A stretch of 64,000 bases of DNA, taken from the sequence record KJ019152.1; one strand, written 5' to 3'. Position 1 is the first letter of the stretch, and every line of letters begins with the position of its first letter. A program made the translations under genes and the position numbers. Shown here one piece after another: positions 28,451 to 38,378 of this stretch. The notes under the pieces are model-generated. The model ran no database searches and was not told where the DNA came from. It saw only the letters and a list, made by a program, of their open reading frames with translations.

Positions 28451-29914
28451 GTGATGAAAATAGATTTCAGTAACTTTTTCCAATACTATGATGGTAATCT
28501 AAAGAACCATGTAGAATCAATTGCTCTACTAGAGCGTGAGATTGAAAAGGTTGCTCCCCATCTCCTCCAGGACGAAGCGGAGTGGGTTAAGTTATATCGT
28601 AATACTGCTCAGGTTGATAAACCTGATAAGGTTATTGCCTTACCTGTACCTTACTTCCCCCAGACAGATAACTACACACAGCCAGAGAGGACTTGTAACT
28701 CCTCCTCCTGTGCTATGTGTCTAGAATACTTTAGACCTGGGACTCTAGTTGGTTCTAAAGGTGATGACGCGTATATCAGAAAGGTATTTGCTGTAGGAGA
28801 TACCACAGACCACTCAGTTCAAACTAAAGTTCTAGCAGACTATGGTGTAGATTCTGAGTTCAACTATTCACTCAGTTTTGATAACCTAGATCACGAACTT
28901 GAGAACAAGAGACCTGTTGTGATTGGTATCCTCCACAGAGGAAGCCTAGCACACCCCACAGGGGGTCATATGGTGGTTGTGATAGGTAAGACGGCAGAAG
29001 GTGATTACATCTGTCACGACCCCTACGGAGACCTTAACGACGGATATACAACCAATGTATACAACGGTCAGTCTGTTGTGTATAAGAGAAATGTTCTAGA
29101 GGCTAGATGGACTCCTGACGGTCCTACCAGTGGTTGGGGGCGTACTTTCCAGGCGAAAGTAACCGCAAAAAAGTCTGAGGAGGGTAAGTTGCCCTCCGCT
29201 GGTGTTGAACTTATCAAAGAGTTTGAAGGACTTCATGTTCTAAAATCTGATGGAATGATTCATGCTTATCCTGACCCTCTATCTGGTGGTGAACCCTGGA
29301 CTATTGGTTGGGGTTCTACTAGGGATCTTGATGGATCAGCATTCCATCCTGGGGATAAAATCACCAGAGAGAAAGCAGACATCCTCCTAGAGGAACAACT
29401 TAGAAGAGATTATCTTTCTAAGTTAGAGCAAACCATTCCCTATTGGGATGAGATGAATGACAACCAGCATGGTGCTCTACTCAGTTTTGGGTATAACCTA
29501 GGAGCCAGTTTCTACGGAAGTCCTGATTTTAACACAATAACCCGTGTTTTGCGAGACAAAGAGTGGAATAAAGTCCCCGACGCGTTATACTTGTATCGTA
29601 ACCCCGGAACTCCTGTAGAGGAGGGTCTTTCTAGACGACGGATTAGGGATAAGACCCCTTATAGGGACTTTACCCTGAATATCAACGGACATGATAGTGA
29701 TATTATTCTGTCTGATAAGGAAACCAGGTTAGTTTATTCTTTATATAACGGAGCGTATACCTGTCACTTTGATAAGATAATCAAAGGAAAAAGATATGTA
29801 TTTGATTCTGTATTAGCGAATACTTTCTATAAACTTAATGATCAGTGTTTTGATGGAACCCGATTAGTTCGGGGTCTAGAAACCGGTGAGTTTTATGACT
29901 TTAGAAAGGAATAA
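28451..29914 (+). CDS. peptidase C39-like plus GH24 lysozyme fusion (endolysin-like) with atypical C-terminus
   Basis: VPYFPQ..TCNSSSCAM, GHMVVVIG and HDPYG. Lysozyme part has IKEFEG..YPD..WTIGWGST and GLSRRR. Confidence 0.82.
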   Translation: MMKIDFSNFFQYYDGNLKNHVESIALLEREIEKVAPHLLQDEAEWVKLYRNTAQVDKPDKVIALPVPYFPQTDNYTQPERTCNSSSCAMCLEYFRPGTLVGSKGDDAYIRKVFAVGDTTDHSVQTKVLADYGVDSEFNYSLSFDNLDHELENKRPVVIGILHRGSLAHPTGGHMVVVIGKTAEGDYICHDPYGDLNDGYTTNVYNGQSVVYKRNVLEARWTPDGPTSGWGRTFQAKVTAKKSEEGKLPSAGVELIKEFEGLHVLKSDGMIHAYPDPLSGGEPWTIGWGSTRDLDGSAFHPGDKITREKADILLEEQLRRDYLSKLEQTIPYWDEMNDNQHGALLSFGYNLGASFYGSPDFNTITRVLRDKEWNKVPDALYLYRNPGTPVEEGLSRRRIRDKTPYRDFTLNINGHDSDIILSDKETRLVYSLYNGAYTCHFDKIIKGKRYVFDSVLANTFYKLNDQCFDGTRLVRGLETGEFYDFRKE

Positions 29915-29916
29915 TA

Positions 29917-30081
29917 TTATCTAATCCCCACCCACCAGTCGCGAGCACAGTTTGCGATTTGTTCTGCGGTGGGGTTTTCTACGCGGATAATCTCAGAGCA
30001 CTCATCTATCATTTCCTCTAGATGTTTATTGCAGGTAGCGAGATCGTTCATTTGCTTGTGCCTTGATATTTTCGCAGTCAT
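29917..30081 (-). CDS. small hypothetical protein on the minus strand
   Basis: MTAKISRHKQMNDLATCNKHLEEMIDEC... occupies an otherwise empty gap, with TAAATA upstream on the minus strand. Confidence 0.5.
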   Translation of the reverse strand: MTAKISRHKQMNDLATCNKHLEEMIDECSEIIRVENPTAEQIANCARDWWVGIR

Positions 30082-30242
30082 GAGAATACTAACAATGATC
30101 ACATATAGAGTTATTTAGTTCTCAGAGAACTCTCAGTTGTGGGAAATGTGTAATATGATATAATGTAAATATCTTCATATTTTCTTCATATACATAATGA
30201 AGAAACTATTAAGTTTCACATTGTCGTTTGTAAATTAAAGTT

Positions 30243-30884
30243 TTGGATTCCAATAAGAGATCGATTATTAGAAAACTAGCAGCTATTGCTGCGATTGGCT
30301 TCGTGGGTATTCCCGCTGGAGCTGGTCTAATCCCTACTCTAGAACAGTTTCAAGAAGAAAATGGATATGGTACTGAGGAAGTAGTAGAGGATACAACTGA
30401 AGAGGTAGTAGAAGTAGCAATGACAAGGCGTTGGGTTCTCCCCAATGGAACACATAATGAGAAGATAGTACTCAGTGCCCTACAGGATAGGGGTATTACT
30501 GATAAAGTTGCTCTAGCGGTTGTTTTAGGTAATATCAAACAGGAGTCACGATTCCATTCCAACATCTGTGAGGGTGGTGCAAGGGTCAACTATCATGGTT
30601 GTAGATATGGTGGGTATGGTCTTATCCAATGGACTACTTCAGATAGATATAGAGGACTTGGACACTACGCTTCTAGGATTGGTGGTGATCCTTCCAGTGT
30701 AGAAACTCAGGTTGGATATATCTTCAGAGAGAGGCAGTGGTTAGACATTGAATCATCCCTCAAAAGAAATGGTCATAGTGTTGGTTACTACATGAATAGG
30801 GCATATTACTGGTTGGGATGGGGTCACCATGGAGCCAGAACCCACTACTCACATGACTATGCTGCTCGTCTCATCTTTAAATAA
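30243..30884 (+). CDS. phage tail lysozyme-like cell-wall hydrolase with N-terminal hydrophobic segment
   Basis: LGNIKQES, GYGLIQWT and SVETQVGY. Confidence 0.75.
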   Translation: MDSNKRSIIRKLAAIAAIGFVGIPAGAGLIPTLEQFQEENGYGTEEVVEDTTEEVVEVAMTRRWVLPNGTHNEKIVLSALQDRGITDKVALAVVLGNIKQESRFHSNICEGGARVNYHGCRYGGYGLIQWTTSDRYRGLGHYASRIGGDPSSVETQVGYIFRERQWLDIESSLKRNGHSVGYYMNRAYYWLGWGHHGARTHYSHDYAARLIFK

Positions 30885-30898
30885 ATAGATGAAACCCA

Positions 30899-31294
30899 AT
30901 GAAAGTCCCAGAGTTTAAAGTCAGTTTTCAGTTTGGTAAGAAGAAGAAAAACCCCCTACGTCTATACATTATAGGGGCAGTTTTGAGCTTTGTTATCGAT
31001 ATGATACATACTTTTATGAGGGTTCCCACAAAGGACCTCTGGGCTTTGGTTGACGAATTGGGAAAAGAGCTTAGAATAGAAGATATCAATGAGCTCGTTT
31101 TGAATAGTCCCGAACTACTACAGGCTAGAATCGAACGAGAAGTTGATGGAGCTGTTGGGGACCATCTTAAAGAAACAGGTCACAAAGACCCAGAGATTGA
31201 ATCAGTATTTACTGAAACACTAAAGGGAGAAACCCCCTTAGGTGGTGAACTAAGAATCCGTGGTAAGTGGGTTCCTGAAAATAAGGAGGACTAA
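30899..31294 (+). CDS. hypothetical protein
   Basis: 131-aa ORF. Confidence 0.7.
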   Translation: MKVPEFKVSFQFGKKKKNPLRLYIIGAVLSFVIDMIHTFMRVPTKDLWALVDELGKELRIEDINELVLNSPELLQARIEREVDGAVGDHLKETGHKDPEIESVFTETLKGETPLGGELRIRGKWVPENKED

Positions 31295-31455
31295 TGAAAC
31301 GACACAACAAAGTGATGCACCTTATCCGTGAGTCTCTTCGTAACCCAGAAGCATATTCTGAGGAAGAGATTACATATATGAGAGAGCAACTCAAACTACT
31401 GGAGGGTGAGAAGGAAACTATTAAACGGGAGAAGAATCGTGGATTTGGATCTTAA
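31294..31455 (+). CDS. small conserved hypothetical protein
   Basis: Hand-read MKRHNKVMHLIRESLRNPEAYS..., with AGGAGG ribosome-binding site. Confidence 0.65.
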   Translation: MKRHNKVMHLIRESLRNPEAYSEEEITYMREQLKLLEGEKETIKREKNRGFGS

Positions 31456-31885
31456 ATTCATTGGAGATGAGTGTCTTAGGAAACCATCAGTAAATGTTGA
31501 AGATATCACAGAGGATGTGGTAACTTTATCCAAGGCAATGAAACAGAAGATGGTTGAGTGTAATGGTATTGGTCTAGCAGCCCCACAGGTTGGTAGGAAT
31601 ATCAGACTTATAGTTGTGCGACTAATGTGTGGTATGACTGTGGAGATGATTAATCCACGCATCAGTTGGACTTCTGATGACAGATGCATACTTGATGAAG
31701 GTTGTCTTAGTATCCCTGGAAAAACACACCCTGTTGAGAGGTATAAATCCATCAGAGTTAAATTTCAGGACATTACAGGACAACATAAATATTGGAAATT
31801 ATCTAAGATGGACGCACGAGTGGTTCTACATGAGTATGATCATTTGGAAGGTTTATTGATGGTTGATTACCAGAAGACTGGTTAA
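31439..31885 (+). CDS. def: peptide deformylase
   Basis: GIGLAAPQVG, EGCLS and HEYDHLEG. Confidence 0.95.
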   Translation: MDLDLKFIGDECLRKPSVNVEDITEDVVTLSKAMKQKMVECNGIGLAAPQVGRNIRLIVVRLMCGMTVEMINPRISWTSDDRCILDEGCLSIPGKTHPVERYKSIRVKFQDITGQHKYWKLSKMDARVVLHEYDHLEGLLMVDYQKTG

Positions 31886-31901
31886 CTTTATAGTATTAAC
31901 A

Positions 31902-32093
31902 ATGATTATGAAAACGAAGAGAGAGCGTCTTGAAGATGTCATTATGGAATATCTAGATGAAGAATACTCGTCTCGACGTATCTACGAAGAATTCTTATCA
32001 GTAATGATGAATGAATGTCAAGGTAGGGAGGAGGCATCTAAGAAAGCCTTAGAACTTAGAGACTTGATGTTAGGTGATAGACCTGTATTTTAA
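31902..32093 (+). CDS. hypothetical protein
   Basis: MIMKTKRERLEDVIMEYLD... Confidence 0.65.
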   Translation: MIMKTKRERLEDVIMEYLDEEYSSRRIYEEFLSVMMNECQGREEASKKALELRDLMLGDRPVF

Positions 32094-32111
32094 CAAAGGA
32101 GATTATCAATT

Positions 32112-32423
32112 ATGACTAAAGAAGTTAGCGATTTGAAACTCACACGACTTGAGTGTGTGAAGTGTGGCGCCACTTGGATCAATGGTAATCATGTATGGAA
32201 GACTGGTAATACTGGAAGTGAAACCGATCTAGCTGGGTTAGTTTGCAATAAACTAGGTGATGACGATTGCATCAACCCCCTAAGGGGTGCTGAGACAGGT
32301 GACACTTGGGAACAACGCCTTGGTGACCTGGATACTGGATTCAATGCAAGGAGAGAGCGTCTAGAAGACCAGAGAGCAAGGTTCAAAGAACAATATGGGG
32401 AAGACCCTCACTTTGACGATTGA
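32112..32423 (+). CDS. conserved cyanophage hypothetical protein with CxxC
   Basis: ECVKCGATWING...LVCNKLG. Confidence 0.75.
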   Translation: MTKEVSDLKLTRLECVKCGATWINGNHVWKTGNTGSETDLAGLVCNKLGDDDCINPLRGAETGDTWEQRLGDLDTGFNARRERLEDQRARFKEQYGEDPHFDD

Positions 32424-32440
32424 GGAAGTGGCACACCCCC

Positions 32441-32469
32441 TAGGCAAACCTATGGGGATGCGTTATAAT
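32441..32469 (+). promoter_or_regulatory. early sigma70-type promoter
   Basis: TAGGCA-17 nt-TATAAT, preceded by AAGTGGCAC. Confidence 0.7.
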
Positions 32470-32491
32470 ATGAAGGTAATCAACCAGAGAG

Positions 32492-32707
32492 ATGACACAG
32501 CTTAAAACAAAGTTCCGCAGGTATATCGGTGTTCTCACTGAAGCCGTATCTCGTTCCATCGAGTTAGACTACTCACAACCCAAACTCTATAAGAAGGTCC
32601 GAAGGTTCTATGAGGAACAGGGAGTCTCCTTCACTGGAGACGAGGTAGATGACTACCAAATTGTTATGGATTGTTTAACTGAAGATCTAGTAAAGGAGCC
32701 AGTATGA
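32492..32707 (+). CDS. hypothetical protein
   Basis: 71-aa ORF downstream of the promoter. Confidence 0.7.
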   Translation: MTQLKTKFRRYIGVLTEAVSRSIELDYSQPKLYKKVRRFYEEQGVSFTGDEVDDYQIVMDCLTEDLVKEPV

Positions 32708-32940
32708 AGACTATTCTTGAGAGAGAAGGTTTCCGTTTCATTGAGAAAGGTATTATTGAACTCAATGGAATGCCAGACTACCGACTACAGAAACAAGATC
32801 ACTATTCCCAACGATGGAATGATGTTTATCTCTTCGATAACAAGATGCAGTGTCTAACTGCTATGGAAGATATCGAATATTGTAAGTGGTTGTGTGGAGA
32901 ACCCTGTTATGTTCGTGATGTTGTTGGTTCCTATTCATAG
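32704..32940 (+). CDS. conserved cyanophage hypothetical protein
   Basis: MKTILEREGFRFIEKGIIELNGMPDYRLQ... Confidence 0.75.
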   Translation: MKTILEREGFRFIEKGIIELNGMPDYRLQKQDHYSQRWNDVYLFDNKMQCLTAMEDIEYCKWLCGEPCYVRDVVGSYS

Positions 32941-33171
32941 ATGAGAACTACATCCTTCCTAAGGTATCTTGGAAATACCTTACTAGTGTTGGGTCATTTC
33001 ACACTCCTTTGGGGGGATACACAGACCGCCTTGACTATCAAAATCATAGGTGGTCTTTCTTTGTTACCCTTTGCCATCTCCTGGAAGTTGTGGGATGTTG
33101 TGGCACTTGAGTTAATATTTGGAGGTATGGATGTAACCAAGTTCATCCAGCTGGTGTTTTCTAACTCCTAG
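32941..33171 (+). CDS. small membrane protein
   Basis: Several hydrophobic segments. Confidence 0.65.
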   Translation: MRTTSFLRYLGNTLLVLGHFTLLWGDTQTALTIKIIGGLSLLPFAISWKLWDVVALELIFGGMDVTKFIQLVFSNS

Positions 33172-33211
33172 GGTTTCTTTATTCCCTTACAAAGATGAAG
33201 TGGCGCACCTG

Positions 33212-33332
33212 ATTGGCAAACCCAAAAATATGTGTTATACTGGGTAGGTATTGGTAGCGTTTTCAGGGGTGAATAAACTACCAATACCAATCTAAACTCA
33301 TAGAAAACCACTCCTCATGGGGTGGTTTTTTT
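33212..33332 (+). ncRNA. stand-alone promoter-hairpin-terminator unit (candidate sRNA of about 85 nt)
   Basis: TTGGCA-17 nt-TATACT, an 11-bp perfect stem GGTATTGGTAG/CTACCAATACC, then terminator AAAACCACTCC/GGGGTGGTTTT. Confidence 0.6.
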
Positions 33333-33366
33333 GTGCGCGTATAACTAGTGTAACTTGGGTTACATT

Positions 33367-33663
33367 ATGAAAGCCGACGCACAACTAGAACACCACGCCA
33401 ATTGCTGGAATGCTATTCGAAATAATGATAAGGAATACTTTAAGATAGGAGTTGGTGTTTATAAAACTATCAACGCTGATAGGGAATACTATATCAATAG
33501 TCGTATTGAAACTGATAAGAATAGTGATATATCAGAGATGGATCAAGTGAAAGAAGCCCACTCCAAACACTTAAGTTATTTTATTGGATACAAATCAGAA
33601 GTAACAGTTGAAGCTATCAGTAGTGATTGGAAATCTACCCTATACCGGGTTACTACCTGCTAG
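33367..33663 (+). CDS. hypothetical protein
   Basis: [17 protein letters not shown]... Confidence 0.6.
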   Translation: MKADAQLEHHANCWNAIRNNDKEYFKIGVGVYKTINADREYYINSRIETDKNSDISEMDQVKEAHSKHLSYFIGYKSEVTVEAISSDWKSTLYRVTTC

Positions 33664-33695
33664 GGTGTGTTATAATAGATGAAATGCATGTTGTG

Positions 33696-34694
33696 ATGAA
33701 AGCTTTAATCTCTGGTATAACTGGGCAGGATGGATCCTATCTTGCTGAACTTCTACTGAAGAAGGGGTATGAAGTCCATGGTATTATTCGTAGAACCTCC
33801 TCGTTTAATACAGGAAGAATCGATCATATCTTCGATCAGTTACACCTCCACTACGGGGATTTGACTGACTCCCTGAACATAGTCTCTATCATTAAGGAAG
33901 TAGAACCTGATGAGATCTACAACCTAGGGGCACAGAGTCATGTGAAAGTATCTTTCGAGGAACCTGAATATACAGCACAGACTGATGCTCTGGGAACCCT
34001 AAGAGTATTGGAGGCAGTTCGTCTCCTAGGTATGACAGATAGGGTCCGTATCTACCAGGCATCCACCAGTGAGTTGTATGGGTTAGTACAAGAAACACCA
34101 CAGAAAGAAACAACACCTTTCTACCCACGATCTCCATATGGCGTAGCTAAACTCTATGGATATTGGATTATAAAGAACTATCGTGAGAGTTATGGGATGC
34201 ACGCCAGTAGTGGTATTCTATTCAACCATGAGTCACCACGACGGGGTGAGACTTTCGTAACCCGTAAGATTACTAGGGGACTATCCCGTATTAGTACAGG
34301 ACTACAGGATTGTCTATACCTAGGTAATCTAAACTCAAGACGAGATTGGGGTCATGCTGAAGACTATGTGGAGGCTATGTGGTTGATGTTACAACAGGAA
34401 ACTCCTGATGACTATGTGATTGCCACAGGTAAAGAGTATTCAGTGAAGGACTTTGTAGAGGCATCTGCTGAATACTTTGGTATGAAGATTGAGTGGCAGG
34501 GTGAAGGATTGGATGAAGTGGGTATAGATAGATTTACAAAGAAGGTTGTCGTTCGTGTGAGTGACAAATACTTCAGACCAGCAGAGGTTGAAACTCTCTG
34601 GGGTGATCCCACTAAGGCTAAAGAGGTATTGGGTTGGAAACCTAATCATACCTTTGCTTCCCTAGTAGAAGATATGTGTATCTACGGTCAGTAA
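33696..34694 (+). CDS. gmd: GDP-mannose 4,6-dehydratase
   Basis: [35 protein letters not shown] and NHESPRRG. Confidence 0.97.
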   Translation: MKALISGITGQDGSYLAELLLKKGYEVHGIIRRTSSFNTGRIDHIFDQLHLHYGDLTDSLNIVSIIKEVEPDEIYNLGAQSHVKVSFEEPEYTAQTDALGTLRVLEAVRLLGMTDRVRIYQASTSELYGLVQETPQKETTPFYPRSPYGVAKLYGYWIIKNYRESYGMHASSGILFNHESPRRGETFVTRKITRGLSRISTGLQDCLYLGNLNSRRDWGHAEDYVEAMWLMLQQETPDDYVIATGKEYSVKDFVEASAEYFGMKIEWQGEGLDEVGIDRFTKKVVVRVSDKYFRPAEVETLWGDPTKAKEVLGWKPNHTFASLVEDMCIYGQ

Positions 34695-34696
34695 TT

Positions 34697-35623
34697 ATGG
34701 AAAAAGGTGCAACGGTAGCAGTATTTGGTTCGGGTGGATTGGCTGGAAGTGCCATCACCAGGGCACTCAGGTGTTCTTTTGGGGGGTATAAGATTCTTAC
34801 TCCTAGGAGTAAAGAACTAGACCTAAGAGAACAAGCAGATGTTCGTAGTTGGTTTAAGCATAACAAAGTTGATTATGTATTCTTAGCTGCTGCCTTAGTT
34901 GGTGGTATCATGGCTAACAAGACTAGAAAGGCAGAGTTCTTACATGACAATCTAATGATGCAGTGTAATGTAATTGACTCTGCATACTATAGTGGAGTAA
35001 AGAAACTCCTATTCTTAGGTACCTCTTGTATCTATCCAGCAGGAAGACACCATCCACTAGTGGAACATGAACTACTCACAGGACTATTAGAACCAACCAA
35101 TGACGCATACGCAATCGCAAAGATCGCAGGGATCAAACAATGTGACTTCTACCGAGAACAATATGGATTTGATGCTATCTCTATCATGCCTCCTAATCTA
35201 TATGGTCCTGGAGATAATTTCAATGAGGGATCAGGACATGTCCTCGCCTCATTGATGAATAGGTTTCACCTAGCGAAGGAAGCAGGTGCATCTAGAGTTG
35301 AATGTTGGGGTGATGGATCACCTATGAGAGAGTTTCTATATGTGGATGACTTAGCAGATGCTTCCTTATACTTTATGAATAGTTATAGTGAGTCTGGGCA
35401 CATTAATACTGGGACTGGTAGGGATGTAACTATCAAACAACTAGCGGAGACTATTGCTGATGTAGTTGGATACAAAGGTGAGATAGGTTGGGATACAACT
35501 AAACCCAACGGAAACCCAAGGAAACTACTTGACAGCAGTAGGGCAAACCTGTTAGGATGGGAACCCAAGGTTAAATTTGAAGACGGAATCAAACTCACAT
35601 ACAACTGGTATCTAGCACAATGA
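34697..35623 (+). CDS. GDP-L-fucose synthase-like epimerase/reductase (Fcl/WcaG or ColC)
   Basis: FLAAALVGGIMAN, LGTSCIYP, YAIAK and WGDGSPMREFL. Confidence 0.92.
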   Translation: MEKGATVAVFGSGGLAGSAITRALRCSFGGYKILTPRSKELDLREQADVRSWFKHNKVDYVFLAAALVGGIMANKTRKAEFLHDNLMMQCNVIDSAYYSGVKKLLFLGTSCIYPAGRHHPLVEHELLTGLLEPTNDAYAIAKIAGIKQCDFYREQYGFDAISIMPPNLYGPGDNFNEGSGHVLASLMNRFHLAKEAGASRVECWGDGSPMREFLYVDDLADASLYFMNSYSESGHINTGTGRDVTIKQLAETIADVVGYKGEIGWDTTKPNGNPRKLLDSSRANLLGWEPKVKFEDGIKLTYNWYLAQ

Positions 35624-36813
35624 CAAAGATTACAAATGGATATACGTGGCCTCTTATGAAGGACACTGTGACCAAGAGAGATAGGTTGAGGATGGCAAAG
35701 TTTATCCTCACCAGTGATAGACTAACACAAGGTAAAGAAGTTCGTAAGTTTGAGGAGCAGTGGAGTGAGTGGCTTGGAGTTAAACATTCTCTTTTTGTTA
35801 GCAGTGGCAGTACCGCTAACCTACTTCTTGTGTCTGCTTGGAAGGAATTATACGAGATCCCAGACCAGTCGAAAGTAATTGTACCTGCTTGTACTTGGGT
35901 AACTAATGTTGCTCCTATCATCCAGTGTGGTTTGACTCCAATCTTTTGTGACATCAACTTAGAAGACTACTCCTTTGATCTGGATAAACTACAGGATATT
36001 CGTGATGAATATCACGATGACATTAGAGGTATCTTTGTTACTCACCTCCTAGGATTTCCTGCTAATGTGGAAAAGTTTCGTGATGTTTTCCCCGACGCTC
36101 ATATTCTAGAAGATGTATGTGAGAGTCACGGAGCAGTCCTCCCTAGTGGTGATAAGGCGGGAACCTTTGATGTTGGTGGCACATTTAGTTTCTACTTTGG
36201 GCACCACATGACTACCATTGAAGGTGGTATGGTGAGTACTAATGATCCAGAACTCTATGATCTAATGAGAATGAAGCGTTCTCATGGGTTAGCGAGAGAA
36301 TCACTATACTTTGAAACATACAAAGAGAAGTATCCTGATGTAAATCCACAGTTTCTCTTCGTTACTGAGGGATATAACTTCCGTAATACTGATCTAGCTG
36401 CTGTATTAGGACAGTCTCAACTGAAGAGACTAGACAGTATGATTGGGATTCGTAACAGGAACTATGAGTTATACCAACAATTACTAAAGAAACACGAACA
36501 TGACCTTACACATGAGTATGGTGGTTCTTTCTATATCCCCTCCACACAGGGGGATGTAAGTAGTTTCTGTTTTCCATTTGTAGTTGATAATATGCACTGC
36601 TATCTTAAGTTAAAAGAACTTCTAGAAGAATACTATGTTGAGTATCGACCTATTGTGAGTGGTAACCTCCTACGACAACCATTCTTGAGAGAATATTCTG
36701 CTGAGTGTCCCAAGGCAGATATAGCCCATGAAAAGGGACTATATATTGGGAATAATCACTTTGTAGATGAGTCTAACTTTCACATGCTAGATGAGATTTT
36801 GAGCCAACTTTGA
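35620..36813 (+). CDS. PLP-dependent sugar 3-dehydratase (ColD/RfbH-like, DegT fold)
   Basis: SSGSTANL and EDVCESHG. SFYFGHHMTTIEGG has His where DegT aminotransferases have the Schiff-base Lys. Confidence 0.85.
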   Translation: MTKITNGYTWPLMKDTVTKRDRLRMAKFILTSDRLTQGKEVRKFEEQWSEWLGVKHSLFVSSGSTANLLLVSAWKELYEIPDQSKVIVPACTWVTNVAPIIQCGLTPIFCDINLEDYSFDLDKLQDIRDEYHDDIRGIFVTHLLGFPANVEKFRDVFPDAHILEDVCESHGAVLPSGDKAGTFDVGGTFSFYFGHHMTTIEGGMVSTNDPELYDLMRMKRSHGLARESLYFETYKEKYPDVNPQFLFVTEGYNFRNTDLAAVLGQSQLKRLDSMIGIRNRNYELYQQLLKKHEHDLTHEYGGSFYIPSTQGDVSSFCFPFVVDNMHCYLKLKELLEEYYVEYRPIVSGNLLRQPFLREYSAECPKADIAHEKGLYIGNNHFVDESNFHMLDEILSQL

Positions 36814-36814
36814 T

Positions 36815-37609
36815 ATGACATTTTCATTTAATCATATGGGCAACTTGGGGCATCTGGGAAACCAGATGTTTCAGTATGCCGCACTCATTGGTATGGGGGC
36901 TAAGCATGGGAGGAGTATTTGTATCCCCCATAAACAAAGTTTTGGGCAATCATACTACCAGGATCTTCGTAGTAATATCTACGATGCTTTCAACCTCTCA
37001 CCCAATGGTGTAGGTATCAGTAGGTTCCCCACAGTTCAGGAAGGTAGTTTCCACTTTGATGAAAACTTATTTGAGAACCCACCAGATGAGAACTGTAACC
37101 TCTATGGATTCTTCCAGAGTGAAAAGTGGTTCTCACATATCAAAGAAGGTATTAGGAAAGAGTTCACTCTAAAGGATGAGTACCGGGAAGTGGCACAACT
37201 GATGAGAGAACAACTCTCTGGTCAGGTTGTTGCTATTCATGTTCGTAGAACTGACTACCTATCCAATCCAAACCACGGAGCATTGGGTTTAGATTACTAT
37301 GAGAAGGCACTGGAGTTGGTTCCTAATAACCTTACAGTAGTTGTATTCACTGATGATCCAGAGTGGGCTAAAGAACAACCACTCTTTCCAGATGATAGGT
37401 TCTTTGTATCAGAGACAGACTGTCCCTATACAGACCTTGCTCTTATGAGTATGTGTGATTATCATATTATTGCCAACAGTTCATACTCTTGGTGGGGTGC
37501 ATACTTATCTGATAGTAAGAAAGTAATTGCTCCTAAACAGTGGTTTGGGGAACCACTTAAAACAAATAACCTGAAAGATCTTTATTGTGATGGGTGGGTG
37601 AAACTATGA
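36815..37609 (+). CDS. GT11 alpha-1,2-fucosyltransferase-like protein
   Basis: GHLGNQMFQYA, GFFQSEKWF, IHVRRTDY and IIANSSYSWWGAYL. Confidence 0.93.
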   Translation: MTFSFNHMGNLGHLGNQMFQYAALIGMGAKHGRSICIPHKQSFGQSYYQDLRSNIYDAFNLSPNGVGISRFPTVQEGSFHFDENLFENPPDENCNLYGFFQSEKWFSHIKEGIRKEFTLKDEYREVAQLMREQLSGQVVAIHVRRTDYLSNPNHGALGLDYYEKALELVPNNLTVVVFTDDPEWAKEQPLFPDDRFFVSETDCPYTDLALMSMCDYHIIANSSYSWWGAYLSDSKKVIAPKQWFGEPLKTNNLKDLYCDGWVKL

Positions 37610-38229
37610 GTAACTTTGCAAGTGCTAAACAGTTTATCAAGAATGGTATTGATACACAACAGGAGTCTATCTCTGGTGGTGGCAGCACTATGGCTTCCAC
37701 AGTTGCCTTCAGATACTTCCTACCAAAGTATATCAAACAGTATGGTATTGAGAGTATCTTAGACATTGGGTGTGGTGACTGGCATTGGATGTCTACTATC
37801 AGAGAAGAGTTTCCTGATGTAGACTATGAGGGATGGGATGCCTCTGAGGATATGATTAATCCCATGACTGAGAAGTATGGAACAGAGAATACCAGGTTTG
37901 AGGTAAAGGATATCATTGATAACAAGTATCCCAAAGTGGATTTGGTTATCGCTCGTGATGTCCTATTCCACCTCAAAGAAGATTACCTAAAGAAGGTTCT
38001 CAAGAATATCAGTAAGGCAGGTGTGAAGTATCTACTAGCAACCACCTTTCCAGGTTTACCTAAGAACGAAGAACTCACTCCTAAGAAATATGACGGTTGG
38101 GGATTCAGACCAATCAATCTGGATATCGAGCCTTATAATATGAAAGATTATTGTATCAATGATTTCAAGGAAACGACAGCCCCTAACAGAGGATACTATC
38201 GTCATGTCTATTTGTATGAGGTAAAATGA
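37606..38229 (+). CDS. class I SAM-dependent methyltransferase
   Basis: ILDIGCGD, GWDAS and DLVIARDVLFH. Confidence 0.85.
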   Translation: MSNFASAKQFIKNGIDTQQESISGGGSTMASTVAFRYFLPKYIKQYGIESILDIGCGDWHWMSTIREEFPDVDYEGWDASEDMINPMTEKYGTENTRFEVKDIIDNKYPKVDLVIARDVLFHLKEDYLKKVLKNISKAGVKYLLATTFPGLPKNEELTPKKYDGWGFRPINLDIEPYNMKDYCINDFKETTAPNRGYYRHVYLYEVK

Positions 38230-38378
38230 AGATCGAAATTGAACTCTCTAAAGATGTAGAATACAAAGGAGAGAAACTAGGTGAGTATATCTGGAACCTA
38301 GAAGAGGGAATTAATCATGTTACTGGTTTTGGTGATTCACTTGAGGAATGTTTTAAGGAAATTGTGAGGTTTAGATGA
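38226..38378 (+). CDS. small hypothetical protein (50 aa)
   Basis: Hand-read ORF with ATGA overlaps on both sides. Confidence 0.6.
   Translation: MKIEIELSKDVEYKGEKLGEYIWNLEEGINHVTGFGDSLEECFKEIVRFR

Noticed and set aside
33308-33318. Yfr1-like ACUCCUCACAC motif
   Set aside because: Only ACTCCTCA matches, and it is sequestered in the terminator stem.
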